In this document: positions 35,537-49,800 of the stretch, piece after piece
Layout of the letters: every line of letters begins with the position of its first letter
Position numbering within the stretch: the first letter of the stretch is position 1
DNA from: Podarcis bocagei
Lineage: Eukaryota
Length of the DNA: 64,000 bases
NCBI GenBank assembly: GCA_964188305.1
Contig: OZ076885.1
Strand: one strand, 5' to 3'
Position numbers and translations under genes: made by a program
Notes under the pieces: model-generated
Told to the model about the DNA's origin: nothing
Seen by the model: only the letters and a program-made list of their open reading frames with translations
The model's database searches: none

Positions 35537-38500
35537 TCTTTGTATGCCGAATGTAGGTCACTATCTGGAAGCCATAAGTTGCTTTTTGTTAAATAATCCA
35601 TTTAAGCTGCTTTCCTTGCCTACAGCCTGGGTTGTGTCTCTTCAGTGGGTTTTGGGGGGTGGGGGGTGGAGATATTCTAGCCTTGATTCACAAAGCTCCT
35701 AGGAAGCAAACACACTGGTATTTTTTATTTTAAGATGCTCTTCTTTCTTAGTTTCGGATTTTTACACTTAGTTCTGAAAAGTAACTCCCATTGTTGCTAG
35801 AGTCGCCCTTTCCAGTGCAAGGAAACTGCTGATCAGCTTGTGCTCCTGAGAATTCCTTCATGTCTTAATGGAAGGTAAGCTTAGGAAACATGCCAGCAGG
35901 CACAATATCAGTGATCAATGTGCTTTAGGATAGCCGATTTCTAACATGCAGGTTTCCGCACTTGTATTGGGTATCTAAATTATCTCAGCATAGGGTCAGT
36001 GGGATGTGGGAACAAACCTTTTCACAAGAGCACAGTTGAAACCTAAAGTCCAGGGGTATGCAGGGCACATGACTTTGCAGGAAAGAGGATTTGCATACCT
36101 GGCAAAGCTACGAAAATATTCCACATACTTTTTTGTTTTGTTTTTAAGTGTGATGTGTCTGAAACCTATTAGTAAGCAAAGGGTTAACTAGTTAAACTTC
36201 TACAGCCCCTCCCCCCCCAGTAACTCTCTCCAATAGCAGACAATAAGTAAAAGAAGTGCTGGTTATCCATTTTTAAAGGGATGGGGTTGGGTTTTTTAAA
36301 AAAGAAGATGAAGAAGAAAAGGGAAAGAGGATCAAACACCTCAGGCCAACAAAAGGTTGTGTCAGAGGGCCTTCAATCACAAACCTCCTTCAACAAGAGA
36401 TCTCCCAACCTTCCAGAGCAGTAACCCAGGCAGCGCAGCTAAAAAGTCCCCTGACATAAAAAAAAAGAACAAAAGCCCCAGAACAGAGGTATTTATTGTT
36501 ATGCACACTCCTCTTTTTTATTTATTTTTTATTCAGGCTTCTTCCCCTACCCCAGAGAGGGGGAAAAAAAACTTTCTTTGCATAAGCTATTGGTGTGGGA
36601 AGTAATAGTGTTGAAAAGAAAAGCTTCCTTCTCACATTGCGAACCTCCTAGGTTGTGCGGATTGTGTGCAAGGAACACCTGATGAACGGTGAGGCGAAGT
36701 TCAAAAAAGAAGTTCGCATCCATTTCGGGGGGGGGGGGACAGCAAACGCAGAAGGATGAAAACAGTAAATGTATCTTGAACACACATTTTTATCCCCACT
36801 CTACTTTTTTTTTCCTTTTGAAAATGAGCCGAGTTGTCTGTGCACAAAGAATGTAAATTATTTGCCTTTACAGTGTCAGGTCTTGGAGGTATCTTAACAG
36901 CATGGAAGAATTTTCCACTTAAATGTAAATTATTAACAAGTTGGAATTTTCATTTGTTTTATCTCCTGATGTGCAATCTAAATAAATAAATGGCACAGTT
37001 TACAGGATTTGCCACCCACTTTCCCTGCACTTGGAGGGACATATTTTATAAACAAGCTTCCTTGGCTTAAATAGGGGTGGCATATCAGATCATTCATTCC
37101 TGCATCACTTATCTTTGTCTCTGCACATCTGAGGGTACCCTCCCTTCCCCTTTCGCTAAAACAAATTTACCTCCGGTACTTCATCAAGTTTTGCTATGTA
37201 ATATCGCTAAATAAACATCACAGTGGTTTATTCATAAAATATTCATCTTTCAAAATGTTCCATCCCATCTTCCCCTCCTGGGTTTACCTATGTTTACAAA
37301 TATGTAAGCCTTGTTAATGTGCCTTGGCTGGGGAATCATGAGAAGTGACCCTCCTTGAGGCAGAAGCCTGCGATGGAAGGAGTGTATTATTTCAGCTGGG
37401 GAGAACAGCAAAGCTCCGGGATGATACTGATTGATTAAGACCAGATGGATAGCCACACATAGGTGTGACGAAAATAGAAACATATTGCAAACATCCCAAG
37501 TATTGAGGTTGGGGAGGTGTGTGGATCCTGCCCTACCTTATCTGCCTCCTGACAGGTTCTAGAATTTAAGAATGTTAATGGCCACACTAACTCGCGTTCG
37601 CCTGTAGTTTGGTGACACTAACCGCAATGAATCAGGCACGAAGTTATGTTTCAAAAATAAATCCCGGTCCCCTCCCCAATCCACACACACTCCTCATCAA
37701 AAAATGACAGCTGGTGTACTACTGGGGTTGGGGGGGGGGGAAGAGAAGGAAACATACTCTTATTTGTCCTCAAATTAATTCACCGGGGCTGATTCCACCC
37801 ATTTAAATTTATATGTGCTTAACCTCCCCCCACCCCACAGCCATGCTGGAGAAAACTTTTTACCAACAGCCAGAGCCCACATCCTCACCCTGAAATTAAA
37901 CTTTCTGAAACCACAGAATGGAATAAGTGGAGAATTAGTGACCTCTGGTTTAGAGAAGAATGTTTCATTGATACAGTCTCGGCTTTTATGTTTATTGGCC
38001 ATAAATTGACTGACTCTCTCTCTCTCTCTCTCTCTCTGTAAGGCTTTGGTTGCTCTTCACAGAAAATAAAAGCTAATGGGCTGAATCCTGCTCACCTTAT
38101 TCAGAAACACAGTGAATGGAACATGGCCGGGGGGACGGGGCGGGAGGAAGCTGCTCACTATCTCCGCCAATTCATTGATGAAAATGCTACTATGTTTGAT
38201 GAGGACGTTGACCTATTAGCATCTAGTGCTGCTCCATGGCTTGGGTTACATCTTGTCACAATATTATTTGTGGGGGTTGAGAGTGGGGAGTTGGAATCTC
38301 ACATGAACCAAAGGTACCAAAACAAAACTCACATTATTTGAATTGGGGCTTAAATTTGAAGTAACTGAAATGGAACATGTGGAACTGCATTTGTGCCAAG
38401 CGATAGTACAAATTGGCTACTGGACCCAGTTTCAATCGTTTACTCCTTCTTTCACAAATTTATTTTGATAGTGTGTGATGCGGTGCTTTGAAATTATTGC

Positions 38501-41500
38501 CCTGGGGCAAGGTATGGTGGTGCTGGTAATAACAATTTACAAATGTTCCAGTTGTACTGTTTACAAAAATTAAAGGATAATTTTAAAGTACACAAAACAC
38601 AGCCCTGCATATTTATTACTCTTCTCAAGTTCTACAGAATTATTGGCCATTAGCTAGTGACAACTGGCTTTAGGAAGGGAGGGGTAGGAGGAAATCTTTG
38701 GAAGAAACAAGACTCCTAGTTTTTCTCTTTCCCCCCCTAAAACTTATGTTCTTCTCAGCAGGAAGCCTGAGTTCATGGTCTCCCTCACAGAGGCCTGAAC
38801 CTATTACGTACATGCTATAAACATCCTCAGGTTTCACAGACAAACATTTGTGCATAAAATCTTGACTGGCATTTTCTGGAAGTAAAACACACCCACACAC
38901 CCACACACCTCTCTCTCTGTGTGTGTGCATTAGCTCTGAAGCAACTCCTGATAGGTTTCTTTATATGTTACAGATAGTTAACATGCTTTCTTCTTGTGTC
39001 TGCATGAAACCTAATCCTTCTAGCTGAGAATTTGCTTAATCACAAAGGCTACAAATCACTGACTCCAAAATTATTCCGCTGAAGTTCCACTGAGGCTTTT
39101 TGAATTAATTTGAAACTATTGAGGATGTGGGCTGAAACTCAGCAACCTGATTTAACAGTTCAGGTAAACTGAGTTTGGCTTCAGCTGATGTGCAGCTTGA
39201 TCCTATGCCTACGTTCTCAGATGGAGATCTCCCTGGGTTCCTACTGGGTTCAAAGGCGCCTTTGACCCTCCCCTGCTTGTGCCTGGGATGGCAGTCATAC
39301 AACTTAATCTTGTGCAAGTTTACTCAGCAGTGAAATTTACTGTTTTCGGTGAGATTTTACTCCCATGTAAACATTTGTAGGACTGCAGGCTTTCCTGTAA
39401 ATCATTTAAACTGAAATATTGAGTCAACTTCAGGAGAGGAGAAAGTGGTGGTACTGTAATGTTCAAAGACATTTATTCTAAAATACATTTACAACCGAAC
39501 TGGCAAATATGCCAACAAGAAAAACATGTTGTTTTTTTTTAAAAAAAGCAGGAGGAATGCTTGGCATAACGATATAAAAATATTTGTCCAGTTTCCAAGC
39601 TGAAGATGACTTTATTTTCTTTATTTTACAACCCAGGTGATCACAGTTGTAAAGGCTTTCCTTTCTCTCTCCCCCAGCTGAGAAATAAAACCGGCTCATT
39701 TAAGGAGGGATCATTATTGTCAGAAGGATCTTTTGGCTTCGAGACTGTTTTCCACAAAGCTGAATTTCACCTCCCCATAGAATCTTGGAAGTTAAATTGG
39801 GAGAATGTTGCTCAAGACAAAGAAGAAGGAAAAGACTTGTTTGGGATAAAGAAAACTGAAGCATCGTTACTTACACAATGGCACTAAAATACACAGGGCA
39901 TTACTTTTTGACTTTTCTCTACAGGATCTACTTATTTATCTCCTGTGCATGTTAGGTTTTATACAAGAAATGTTTTTTTTAAAAAAATTATCAGTTGAAA
40001 CATGCAAGTGAGATAGCAGCTTCATCTCATTTTATCTGTACTTGAAGGCCTCAGTATCAAGTTTTAAAAGAAGCCTGCACATTTTGTGTGTGTGTGTGTG
40101 TTGCTTTCTCAATCACATAACTACATGATACACATACCCTGAACCTAAGCATGTGCTCTCAGAAGTGAGTTCCACCAGTTTCAATGGGATGTGTTGCCAA
40201 GTAAGTCTACACAGAATTGCAGCCTGTGGATTCTCCCCCAACTTTCGTTCCCTCTGTCCATGATGACCAACATCCAAACGGATGCAAACGCCCAGGGCAA
40301 GGAGCTTACGTTGGCCCATGGAATTATTTATTTATTTATTTTTAAAGACCTATGTTCATCTTACAAACAGATGGTCGCATAAAAAGAATCACAAAATACA
40401 TGACATGAGCAACCATTTGTTGTATGAAAAATACTGATTGAGGATCTACCTGGATAAATGGTCGCAGGTGAGGTTGGAAGTAGCTCCACTAGCACTGTGG
40501 TCTACCAACACTCTTGAAAGCACAGCTTGTGAATGGCCAGAAATGTTCTGCCAGGCCTTCTAGTAAGGGCAATGGGACTTCCTCCAACCTTGTCGGCCAC
40601 TCAGTGGTGGTGTGAGTCAAATGCTTTCTCCCACCTTGCCTTGCACCCAGCTCTCTGTTCAGTTTCAAAAGTGGTTTGCCATCAGCCATGGGACAAGGGT
40701 GGGGAGAAAAACACGAATCTATTGGTGCTGCTTACTCCTGCCCATTATTATATAGAGAGTGGTCATACCAATCTGTTTTGATTTTGATGCTTTGATAAAT
40801 AACTCAAGATTGTGAATGCTTTCATGGATATTAATGGGCAGGTGCAAAAGCAGATGAACAGACGATAACCAAAAGTAAACGTTCATCTCATGTGGACTTT
40901 AAAAAAAAATATATAAACCTATGGCCAGGCATGGGTGGTACTAACCCCATGGATAAAATGAACTCTTTCTACTTCAAAACTGTAATTGTGAAGAGTCTGG
41001 GTTATTGGAAACAAAAACTGTTTCTGATGTTATTTTCCTAAATATGTCTCAGTGCACATGTGTCTTAACATCCATATCTCATGTTAAAGGATTATGCATG
41101 CATCTTTGCCCAGCTAAGAGCTTTGAAGCATGCCTCTTTTCTGAAAGACAAACCAATATAGCCCTTCCTGTATTCTAGTCTGTGTACACCTGAAAAAAAG
41201 GAATATAAGAAGCAACCCTAAATCTCACTGATTTCGATATCACTTCCCTACATGTCAGATTTGCATTTTAGGGTACAAATAGTTCTGTCTCCCTTCACCC
41301 CAAACTCTTTGTTCTACATTGTGTACAGTAAGTCAGTCCTTCCTTTTGAAAGGCAAACGTAAGCGTCTAATAATGAAGGAGGGATATTAGGAAAGCGTTC
41401 GGGAGAAGGGACATTGTGAGGTTTCTGTACAAACCAATTGTGGAAAGGTTTGCTCCTCTTCAGTGTGGTCCAAGCTTTCGTGTAGGGAATAAAAACAGGA

Positions 41501-41847
41501 AGTGGAGCCCCAAATAGTCGGCACTGCCCATTCATGTAACTATCAGTAGCAAATCATATGAAAGGACTGACTTTCTGGATGCCCCCACCTTATAATATTT
41601 GTAGATACAAGGTAACAAGCAAATTCAGCAGCAAAGCAAGGAGGCCAGACAGACTATGCTCCTCCCACTTTTTAAAACCAACTAATCCCAAGCTTCAAAG
41701 CAATTAACTCAATAAATAACAATAACAGGAATACAGGTAGGCTTTGAGGTGCTATCCACTATATTGCATCTAAGATCACGTGTAAAACTATCTGCCTGCA
41801 TGACTATCTCTGGGTGCAAACTTCTTAAGGTGGACAGGGAAGGGTGT

Positions 41848-43297
41848 AACTGCAAGCCAGTTAGGTTAGCATCTGTTCTGGGAAAACTTATGGAAAACAT
41901 GATCAAGGATAGAATTGCCAAGTGTATAGAAGAACAGGTCTTGCTGAAGAAGAACCAGCATGGTTTCTAAAGGGTGAGACCTGACTAACTGACCATTTAG
42001 CATTCTTTGAGAGCGTTAATAACCATATGGGTAGGAGTCACCTAGTAGACACTGTCTACATAGACTTTCAAATAGCCTTTGGTAAAGTCCCTCACCAAAG
42101 ATTCCTTAGTAAGCATAGCAGTCATGGGATAAGAAGCCAGGTCCTCTTATGAATCAGTAACTCATTAAAGAACAGGAAACTTGGAGTCAGAAGAAATGAT
42201 CAGTGCTCACAATAGAGGGTGTAGGAAGTGAGATCTTTCAAGCATCAATACTAGGACTGTTGCTTTTTTATCTTGGTCATATGTGGCATGGCATTAGGGA
42301 CGAGGAGTCTTTTGTTTGCTGATAATACTAAATTGTTCAGGGTGGGTAAGAACAAAAGGGGAAAGGCGTTCCCCAAACTGTATGGATAAGTGGCACCTGA
42401 AATAGCAGAGAAATCTCAATGTGAATGCGAACCCAGTATGTGGCGATTGTGAAAAATGTGAATTTCATATTGGGGGTTATTAAGAAAGGGTTTGAAAATA
42501 AAGCTGCCAGTATCATTATGTATTCATACAAATCTATGGTGCTACTGTGCTTGGAATACTGTGTTCAATTCTGGTCACTGCACCTCAGAATGGGCATTTT
42601 AGAGCAGAAAATGTTTTGGAAAAGGGTAATAAAAAAGGAACAACTCTGTTATGAAGAAAGGTTACAACATTGGATTTTTAATGGCTTAAAAATAAATAAA
42701 GGATTATGTATGGTGGGTAAAGAGATGTCTTTCTCCTGCTCTCATAATAGTAGAACCCGAAACCATCCCATGAAGCTGAATGTTGAAATATTCAGGTCAG
42801 ACAAAGGAAGTACTTCATCACTTAGTCATAATTAAACTATGGAATTCATTACCACATGGCAGAGGTGGGTTTAGGGGAGAGCGACCAGTTCAGTTGCACT
42901 GGGGACAGAGCCTTGGGGGCACAGCGACTACGTAGAATGGAAGGTGATAGAGGGGTGAGTCAGGTTTTTGCGTCGCACAGGGTGCCATTGAAATTGGAGA
43001 CCCCAAGGTCCACCACTGCACATGATGTAGCAATGGTGACAAACTTGGTTTTAAAATAGATTTAGATGGTTTTCAAATTAATTTATGGCAGTTGAGGCTA
43101 TCAAAGACTACCACTACCAGCCACGATGGCTGTGTAGTTCCTTCAGCAGTGGAAGCAGTATGGCTCTAAATGCCAGTTCAAAGGGAGAGTGCTGAGGTAT
43201 TCATGTCCTGCTCATGGGATTCCCATGCGCATCTGGTTGAGCTCTGTGAAAACAGGATGCTGGATGAGGTGGGCCTTTGGCCTCCTCTTGTGTTCTT
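41848..43297 (+). mobile_element. 5'-truncated, decayed CR1 LINE (ORF2 reverse transcriptase region + 3'UTR)
   Basis: NCKPVRLASVLGKLME, NQHGF, VYIDFQIAFGKVPH, LFADNTKL, YKSMV..LEYCVQFWS motifs with stops and frameshifts; CR1 3'UTR ending ttgtgttctt. Confidence 0.95.
42860..43018. mobile_element. hAT-type MITE nested in CR1
   Basis: CAGAGGTGGGT...GGTCCACCACTG; flanking cacatgg/cacatga duplication; CR1 sequence resumes afterwards. Confidence 0.75.
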
Positions 43298-44014
43298 TCT
43301 TTCCTCTCCTTCTCCTTCTCTCTTTCTCTTTCTTTTATGAGTAATCAGGCCACGAATCTCTCTCTAGTGTGTGTGTGGAGGGTGCCTGCATACAGTATTG
43401 CGGAGCTCCAAATTACAACCCATTTTAAATGACTTTATTATGGATTTCATGCTTGCAGTTCATTTGTTTCCTTAAACCTCCCACGCCCATCGCTGCCCTA
43501 TGAGCATACAGCATGCAGGCAGCATAGCAGCTCCCACATGTCTTTGCCGACACAATGCAACTTTGTTTTCAGCACTGTAGAGCTTTCCACAAAACAACGC
43601 AGACTGAAATGCTTTGCAGAGTTGAAGAGGAGATATGGAAGAAATTACAGTAAATACCGTGCCGTCTGCAGTGATCCCACATTCCTGCCAAGAGTGTGTG
43701 GCTCTCCCTTGCACACCAGCCCCACCCTGATGGCCATCATTACATTGTCGTATTTGCCTCGTGATTAAAAGGATAGATGGACCAAACCTTCCAAAGGGGC
43801 AGAGCTGCCTGTTAAAACTTTGCTCTTTGCCTTGTTAAAGTCTTGAATGGGAAGGCCTACGGAGAAGGCTTTCCCCCTTTAGTTTGCTCTTGTTAAGGGA
43901 CCAGCCCAGGGAAAAACCCAACCCAAATCAGCCCTACTGAAATCCAACAAAACAGAAGCATACTGTTAAATTCTCAAGTTCCACTGATATCAACAAGATT
44001 TAGTTGCAGCTAAC

Positions 44015-44395
44015 CAGGGACACGGACTTATAAAAAATATTGGGGGGGCCCGGGAAAGCTCATGAATAATAAATAAGCTCATGAATATGCAAATAAAGTG
44101 GCTCCGGCCCTAAATAGGGCAAGCCACGCCCCCCAGCCAGCCGATTGGCTGGCTGGGAGGTGTGGCCAGTCGGGATTCCCCTGTTCTCGCGGGGGCTGAA
44201 ACCGCCAGGAGGAAGGAAATTCCCCCCGGCAGTGCCTTGGCAGTGGCGGTGGTGCTGCGAAGCAGCAAGGCAGGAGCCCCCGCCCCCGGCGCTCTGCTGG
44301 AAGGGCGCCCGAGATTATTGGGGGGGCTGAGCCCCCCCAAAAAATTTTTTGAGGGGGCTCGAGCCCCCTCAAGCCCCATGGAGTCGGCGCCTATG
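44015..44395. mobile_element. GC/CpG-rich hAT-type element
   Basis: Perfect 8-bp TSD CAGCTAAC; imperfect TIR CAGGGACACGGACT / AGTCGGCGCCTATG. Confidence 0.85.
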
Positions 44396-46553
44396 CAGCT
44401 AACTTTCACTGGCTTGCACCCCCCCCCACATGTGTGCAGAAATGCAGTATCCCCATTAAAAGAAAGTAAAGGACCTACTAATCACAAGTAGTTGTGTATC
44501 TACATCTAACCACTTGAACTGCTGCTATGTGCAGAAAATGTTGGTTTTGTGGGCCGGCCCTCCTTTGATCTGTAAATTAATACCTTGGTTTTTGTCTCAT
44601 AAGGCTAGCTGCGAAATGAACTAACTAGTATTCAGATAGGGACAATAAGAAGATGTGGAGGTAACAGTAAAATATCTTTGCCCATAGACTCGTTCATGAG
44701 TCTACGACAGGAAGTTCTCCTATACAGACAACTGAGCTCTAGTTCTATGCCCATGGTTTTCTTCCATTTGGGTGCTACTTCCAAAATATGGTCTCTGTCA
44801 ATCTAGGGTTACTAAGATGTATTTCATTGTAGTGAGATCTGAAAAACACGTCTTTAAATTCTGCATGCCGAAAAGTTTCACTGCCACTTCTACATGGGAC
44901 AATTAGCGTGTATGCCAGAATACAGTGTCATATTCTGTATGCTAGAATATACTCTAGAAATAGGGGAATCAATCATGTGAGATGCACATAGCAGGGAATG
45001 AGCCAGCTTCTTATGGGGTAGTTTTAAATGCATAAAGCTGTCGAGAGATAGACACTTTCTTGCCTAAAGATCTGCAAAATTCTGGAATATTGAGGAACCT
45101 TTTGAAATACAGCCTGCTCTTGTAGATCAGGAAGTTATAGGAAGGCTGCAAGTAAAAAATATCATGCCTCAACAATCTCTTGCTCCAAGTGAGTGTGTGT
45201 GTGTGCTTATGTGTTAGAGTAGTGGATTGTTTTACAGATCTATGACTCCCTAGTGGATTTCATTCTACTTTAAGAAATTACAGTTCATCATACTATGCAG
45301 CAGATAGCAGGGATATATGCATGCCAAACCCACCGTCTGAACCAATGATTGCTAAATAGTATTCTATTCTGCCAATTAATGCAACTTAATTTTAATCATA
45401 AACCGAACTAGTCTTGTTCTAATGCGGTCTGCCTCACCATGACTGTAAAAGCTAACATCTCCTGTTAAGGAAAATAAACTTTGCTTTGCTTTCTTCTTCT
45501 TCTTTTTTTAAAATTGTATTCCTGAACAAAACAGTAGCATGGTTCCCCAATAAAATATATAGTGGTGTGGGCTGAAAAGTGCATGTATAGCAATCCACAT
45601 TATTAGAATGTTTAAATATTAATTATTCCACTGCGTAGTAAAGATGATCAAGTGGGAGTGTCAACTAGTTTTCTAAAAGCGGCAATGCTCGTTTTAATCT
45701 AAACTTCAACTGTTAAGCAAAAAACTAAAAGACCAGGAAGTTCAGCCTGCTCCAGTATGTTTATTTTTATTGGTTTCTACAGCCTTGTGTGTGTATTTTT
45801 TAAAAAAATAAAAATAAAATCCAAACAAAACCCATAAACCGACATTAACTCCGTAGCTTTAATCACTGCCAATAAGACTCCAGCGGTATATTAGAAATTA
45901 CGGCTCTATTTCTTGAAAGCAACATAACTTGGAGGGTTGGAGGCGGGGGAAGGAACAGGCAGCCAATACAGAAGTGCAAAGTTCAGTAAAATACACTTAA
46001 CTGTTGAAAGCCCAAATTCTTAGAGACGTGCACATGTTTACGTACCAAAAAAAGGGACCTAAATGCATGCTGCTTTCTCCCTCTCCCACAGTTCTTCCCT
46101 CTTCAAAGCAGCTTTCAGCTGTTCAGAAGTGAGCCATTGTGTGAAAAAATATTGTTCAGGTGGTACCTTGTTCTGGTGTGTGAGAGAGGCTTGAGAGACA
46201 GATGGGTAGACAGATGTACAATGCTACATAAAAGTAGAAAGACTTACATTATCGTGTGTGTGTGTGTGTGTGTGAAGCCTTAAGTGACTGAGTGTGAGCT
46301 GGAGGAAAATGGGCACAGCTGTGGGAAATAAAGAGTTAAGCCGCTCCCCCCCCCCCGCACTCTTCCCTTCCCCTTAGAAAGCTCTTGCTCCTTTAAGATT
46401 TTCATAGTCCAATCCGTGAGATGCGGAGCAAAAAGAATCACTTTGAGATTCTTAAGAGAAAGACAAAGAACGAGTGTGTGCTCAGACTCTTAGGCTTCCT
46501 TCCGTCACTCATGGATGCCCTGCCAGGATTTCCCACCTGAGACAGATTGCGAC

Positions 46554-46861
46554 NNNNNNNNNNNNNNNNNNNNNNNNNNNNNNNNNNNNNNNNNNNNNNN
46601 NNNNNNNNNNNNNNNNNNNNNNNNNNNNNNNNNNNNNNNNNNNNNNNNNNNNNNNNNNNNNNNNNNNNNNNNNNNNNNNNNNNNNNNNNNNNNNNNNNNN
46701 NNNNNNNNNNNNNNNNNNNNNNNNNNNNNNNNNNNNNNNNNNNNNNNNNNNNNNNNNNNNNNNNNNNNNNNNNNNNNNNNNNNNNNNNNNNNNNNNNNNN
46801 NNNNNNNNNNNNNNNNNNNNNNNNNNNNNNNNNNNNNNNNNNNNNNNNNNNNNNNNNNNNN
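46554..46861. other. N-block 7 (308 nt) in unique sequence
   Basis: Run of N inside a TE-poor region. Confidence 0.95.
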
Positions 46862-49800
46862 GTCTCCTATTTGTGGAAATTATTTCAGACAGAGGAAAAG
46901 GGACAAAAGAGATGAAAAGAGAGAGAGAAGTCAGTGATTAAGCTGCACTATTTTAAGGCATCCTTGCTTTGTGATACTGGGGACTAGCGAGTCAACTTCA
47001 CTGCTTGCTGAACTGGTCCATGCCCATACGCCATCTCTTTCACAGCAGCAACAGTGAAAGCAACCATCAATTTATGAGCTGAAGAAAATAACTATTCTTT
47101 TGAGGGTGATGATCCTAATAAGCTACTTTTGTTTCTGTAGCCTGCACAATACTTTTGCTGAAGAATATACTTGTTTTGCATCCTGTGGAAAATATTAAGT
47201 GCAAAGCTAAAGAACTGTTTATAATAGCATAATAAATTCAGATTATTGCAGAAGGGTTGTGTATTTTTTTGTGTGTGTGTGCATGTGTGTGTCACACGTG
47301 CTCTGATAACATTGACAGCAAAAAACCTAAGCAGTCTGGCAATGTTCTGAATATCAGATTTTATAAAAGAATGTATTCAGAACCACCATAAAATTGTCTG
47401 AAGGCAAGAACGAACTGTCGTATAGTTCTAACCTACTTCTAATCTATCAGGGAACAGGAGAGGAGGTAAATTGGTGCACATCAGAAACGACAGCTTTTAC
47501 ATTCAAATGTTAGCAGCCATGGCCTTAGTTTCATAAATCACTCTTTACTTGCCTGTGACCAGGCCCATCCAATAGGAGAGGCTGTGAAACAAACTGCTCC
47601 AACTTCTATAGAAAGGAAGTTTTGCCAGAAATCAGACTGAGTTCCTTTTGCCTGGCTTTCACCATGTAAGCCATTGTCTCTAAAGCTGGGATGAAAATGA
47701 CCGCATGTGCAACTTATTCAAGACATTCTGAGTGATTCCTCTCATCAGGAAAGATACAGCTTCTCCTGATATATCTCATTTTTTTTCTTTCAATAATGGG
47801 CAATGTGATCCTCTCAGTAGAGCAGATGCCAACAGGTTATGTTCGAGATATGATCGATTACAGACTGAATATTTGCAGAGAAAAGCAATTTTGCTTCCCC
47901 AGCCTTAACTATGTGAAGAATTTATCAGAGGCTGCTCCGAAACCGGCTGCCCCTTTCAGATGAGTGTGCTCGCCACGCTTTCTTAGCGAGTGTATATGCT
48001 AGGTTTTCTTGGATTTGGAACAATGAGAACATTTTTTTTAACTCATTGAACAAAGATTTCCCCAGCAACAGACCCCCCGCTCAGCCGGTCACCTATCCTT
48101 GCGACAGTTTTTCTTTTCCCACGCTAACCCTAGGGCTCATTTGCATAAGGTCTCTGTTGTGACAATTAGTTTCAGGTGAGCTGATTTCTATGAAGCTTGC
48201 CCAAGACGATACACAAGCTCTGGGCCTCCCTGATCCTGGGCCTAATTGCGACTGACTGGCACCAGACACAATCACCCTCTTGATGCAGCAAATTGTCCTG
48301 CAAGTAGCTTGTTGTGACCCTGCAACGCACAAATCATATCATGTCAGACTGGCATGGTAAACAGCAGATAAAATGAAATTAGGGGAAAGACATTTAAAAG
48401 AGAGGGGGGGGAGAAATACCTTCAATATATTATGTCAAACTTTTGTTATCCAGAGAAATCACAAATTTGTGCTGCGGAAGAAGCACTCTTAATGACCAAG
48501 TATTGAAGCTTGATTTAAAAAAATAAAAATAAAATAAAATCACGTTTGGATGATTTTAGTGGGTAAAGGGGGTTCTGAAATGCTTCTTCCAAAAATTTCC
48601 CTCTGTGGTGTTGTGAAAAGAGGCAACAAGCTACAGGGTATATCAACAGGCAGGTTAGCAGAGAGCTTTGTCATTTCCGCAAAGTAAAACAACAACAACC
48701 CACAAAAGCAGTCAACGCCAATGAATATTAACTCTGCGCACAGCAGCCAAAGTAATGCTAGAACTTTTTCTTTCTCCTAAGACTAGCAAAAAGATAGCAA
48801 AGGGAGTGAGCATCAGCAAGGGCTTTTCAGAAGGGCAGTTTTCCAAAGTTGCTGCTTCCCTGTCCACTATTTGCTTTAATGCCGATGTGAATGTTTCTTT
48901 TTGTCAACTTGGTTCCGCTTGGCGTTACAGTCAATCCACCAGCTACAGAACTGCCTCTCAGAACGGCGAAGGCTAAAGCCTACTCTTTTGATCCGCCTGC
49001 AAAAGCCATGCTGAACCCAATCCAAGATTTGATTGAGACAAAAAAAAGAGAGAGAGTAAACCTTCACCAAATCAAACACAACAAAATCACAGCGTGCCAC
49101 AAGAGCACCACTCTTCATCCCTAAATTGATCAGCCTTGTGGGTCATATCTTATACAGTCCACTTCTTCCATAATTCAGTCTACAGAAACTTACACCTTGT
49201 GCCTAATGTATCATAAACTGGAATAGGCTTCGGCCCTGTGTTTGATTTTGGTCTTTATAAACAGAAGAGATGGGTTCTGCAAAATGTATTATTCACAAAA
49301 GGGCTGAAAGTATTCACCCACAGTTGTCAGACCTCAGTTTTGATGTCAGACTTAGGCAATTCTGTTGGACTACTGATTTTAGTGAGCAAAGGGGTTAAAC
49401 ATTTGCCCACTGCAGATATTTATAAAATGGCTGTTCAGATGGATTAAGCCCATTAACACTGGATTAACTCTGGTTAGCTAGGGAAGTTCTGGCATTATCT
49501 CCAAATGAACAACAAGATCTTAAAATTTTCAGCAGAATGCAACTCACTGGAGATTTTTCCTGCATAAGCACCATTGAAATGATGCAAGAATACTACAGTG
49601 TTTTTGCATGGCTCCCATTCATACCAGTGGAGACTGCACAAAGATTTACAGTGGATTGTGATCTGTTAAAATATCTTCCATATTGGTGGAGCAGCCAATA
49701 TCAAAATGTCACAAATTCACATTTGTTGACATTTTCAGTTTTGGGTTGAGAACTGTGGCTAAGAGGGGCTTCTGAAGCCAGCTGCCCTCTGTTAATTTTG

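Noticed and set aside
35278-35545. Plus-strand acceptor (tttttttttatcag|) and weak donor around N-block 6
   Set aside because: It conflicts with the minus-strand signals elsewhere, and a weak minus-strand AG|GTGAAC is also possible; the strand cannot be resolved.
41749-42835. ORFs with reverse-transcriptase motifs as a functional gene
   Set aside because: Multiple stops and frameshifts and an altered catalytic motif (FADNT); this is a dead CR1.
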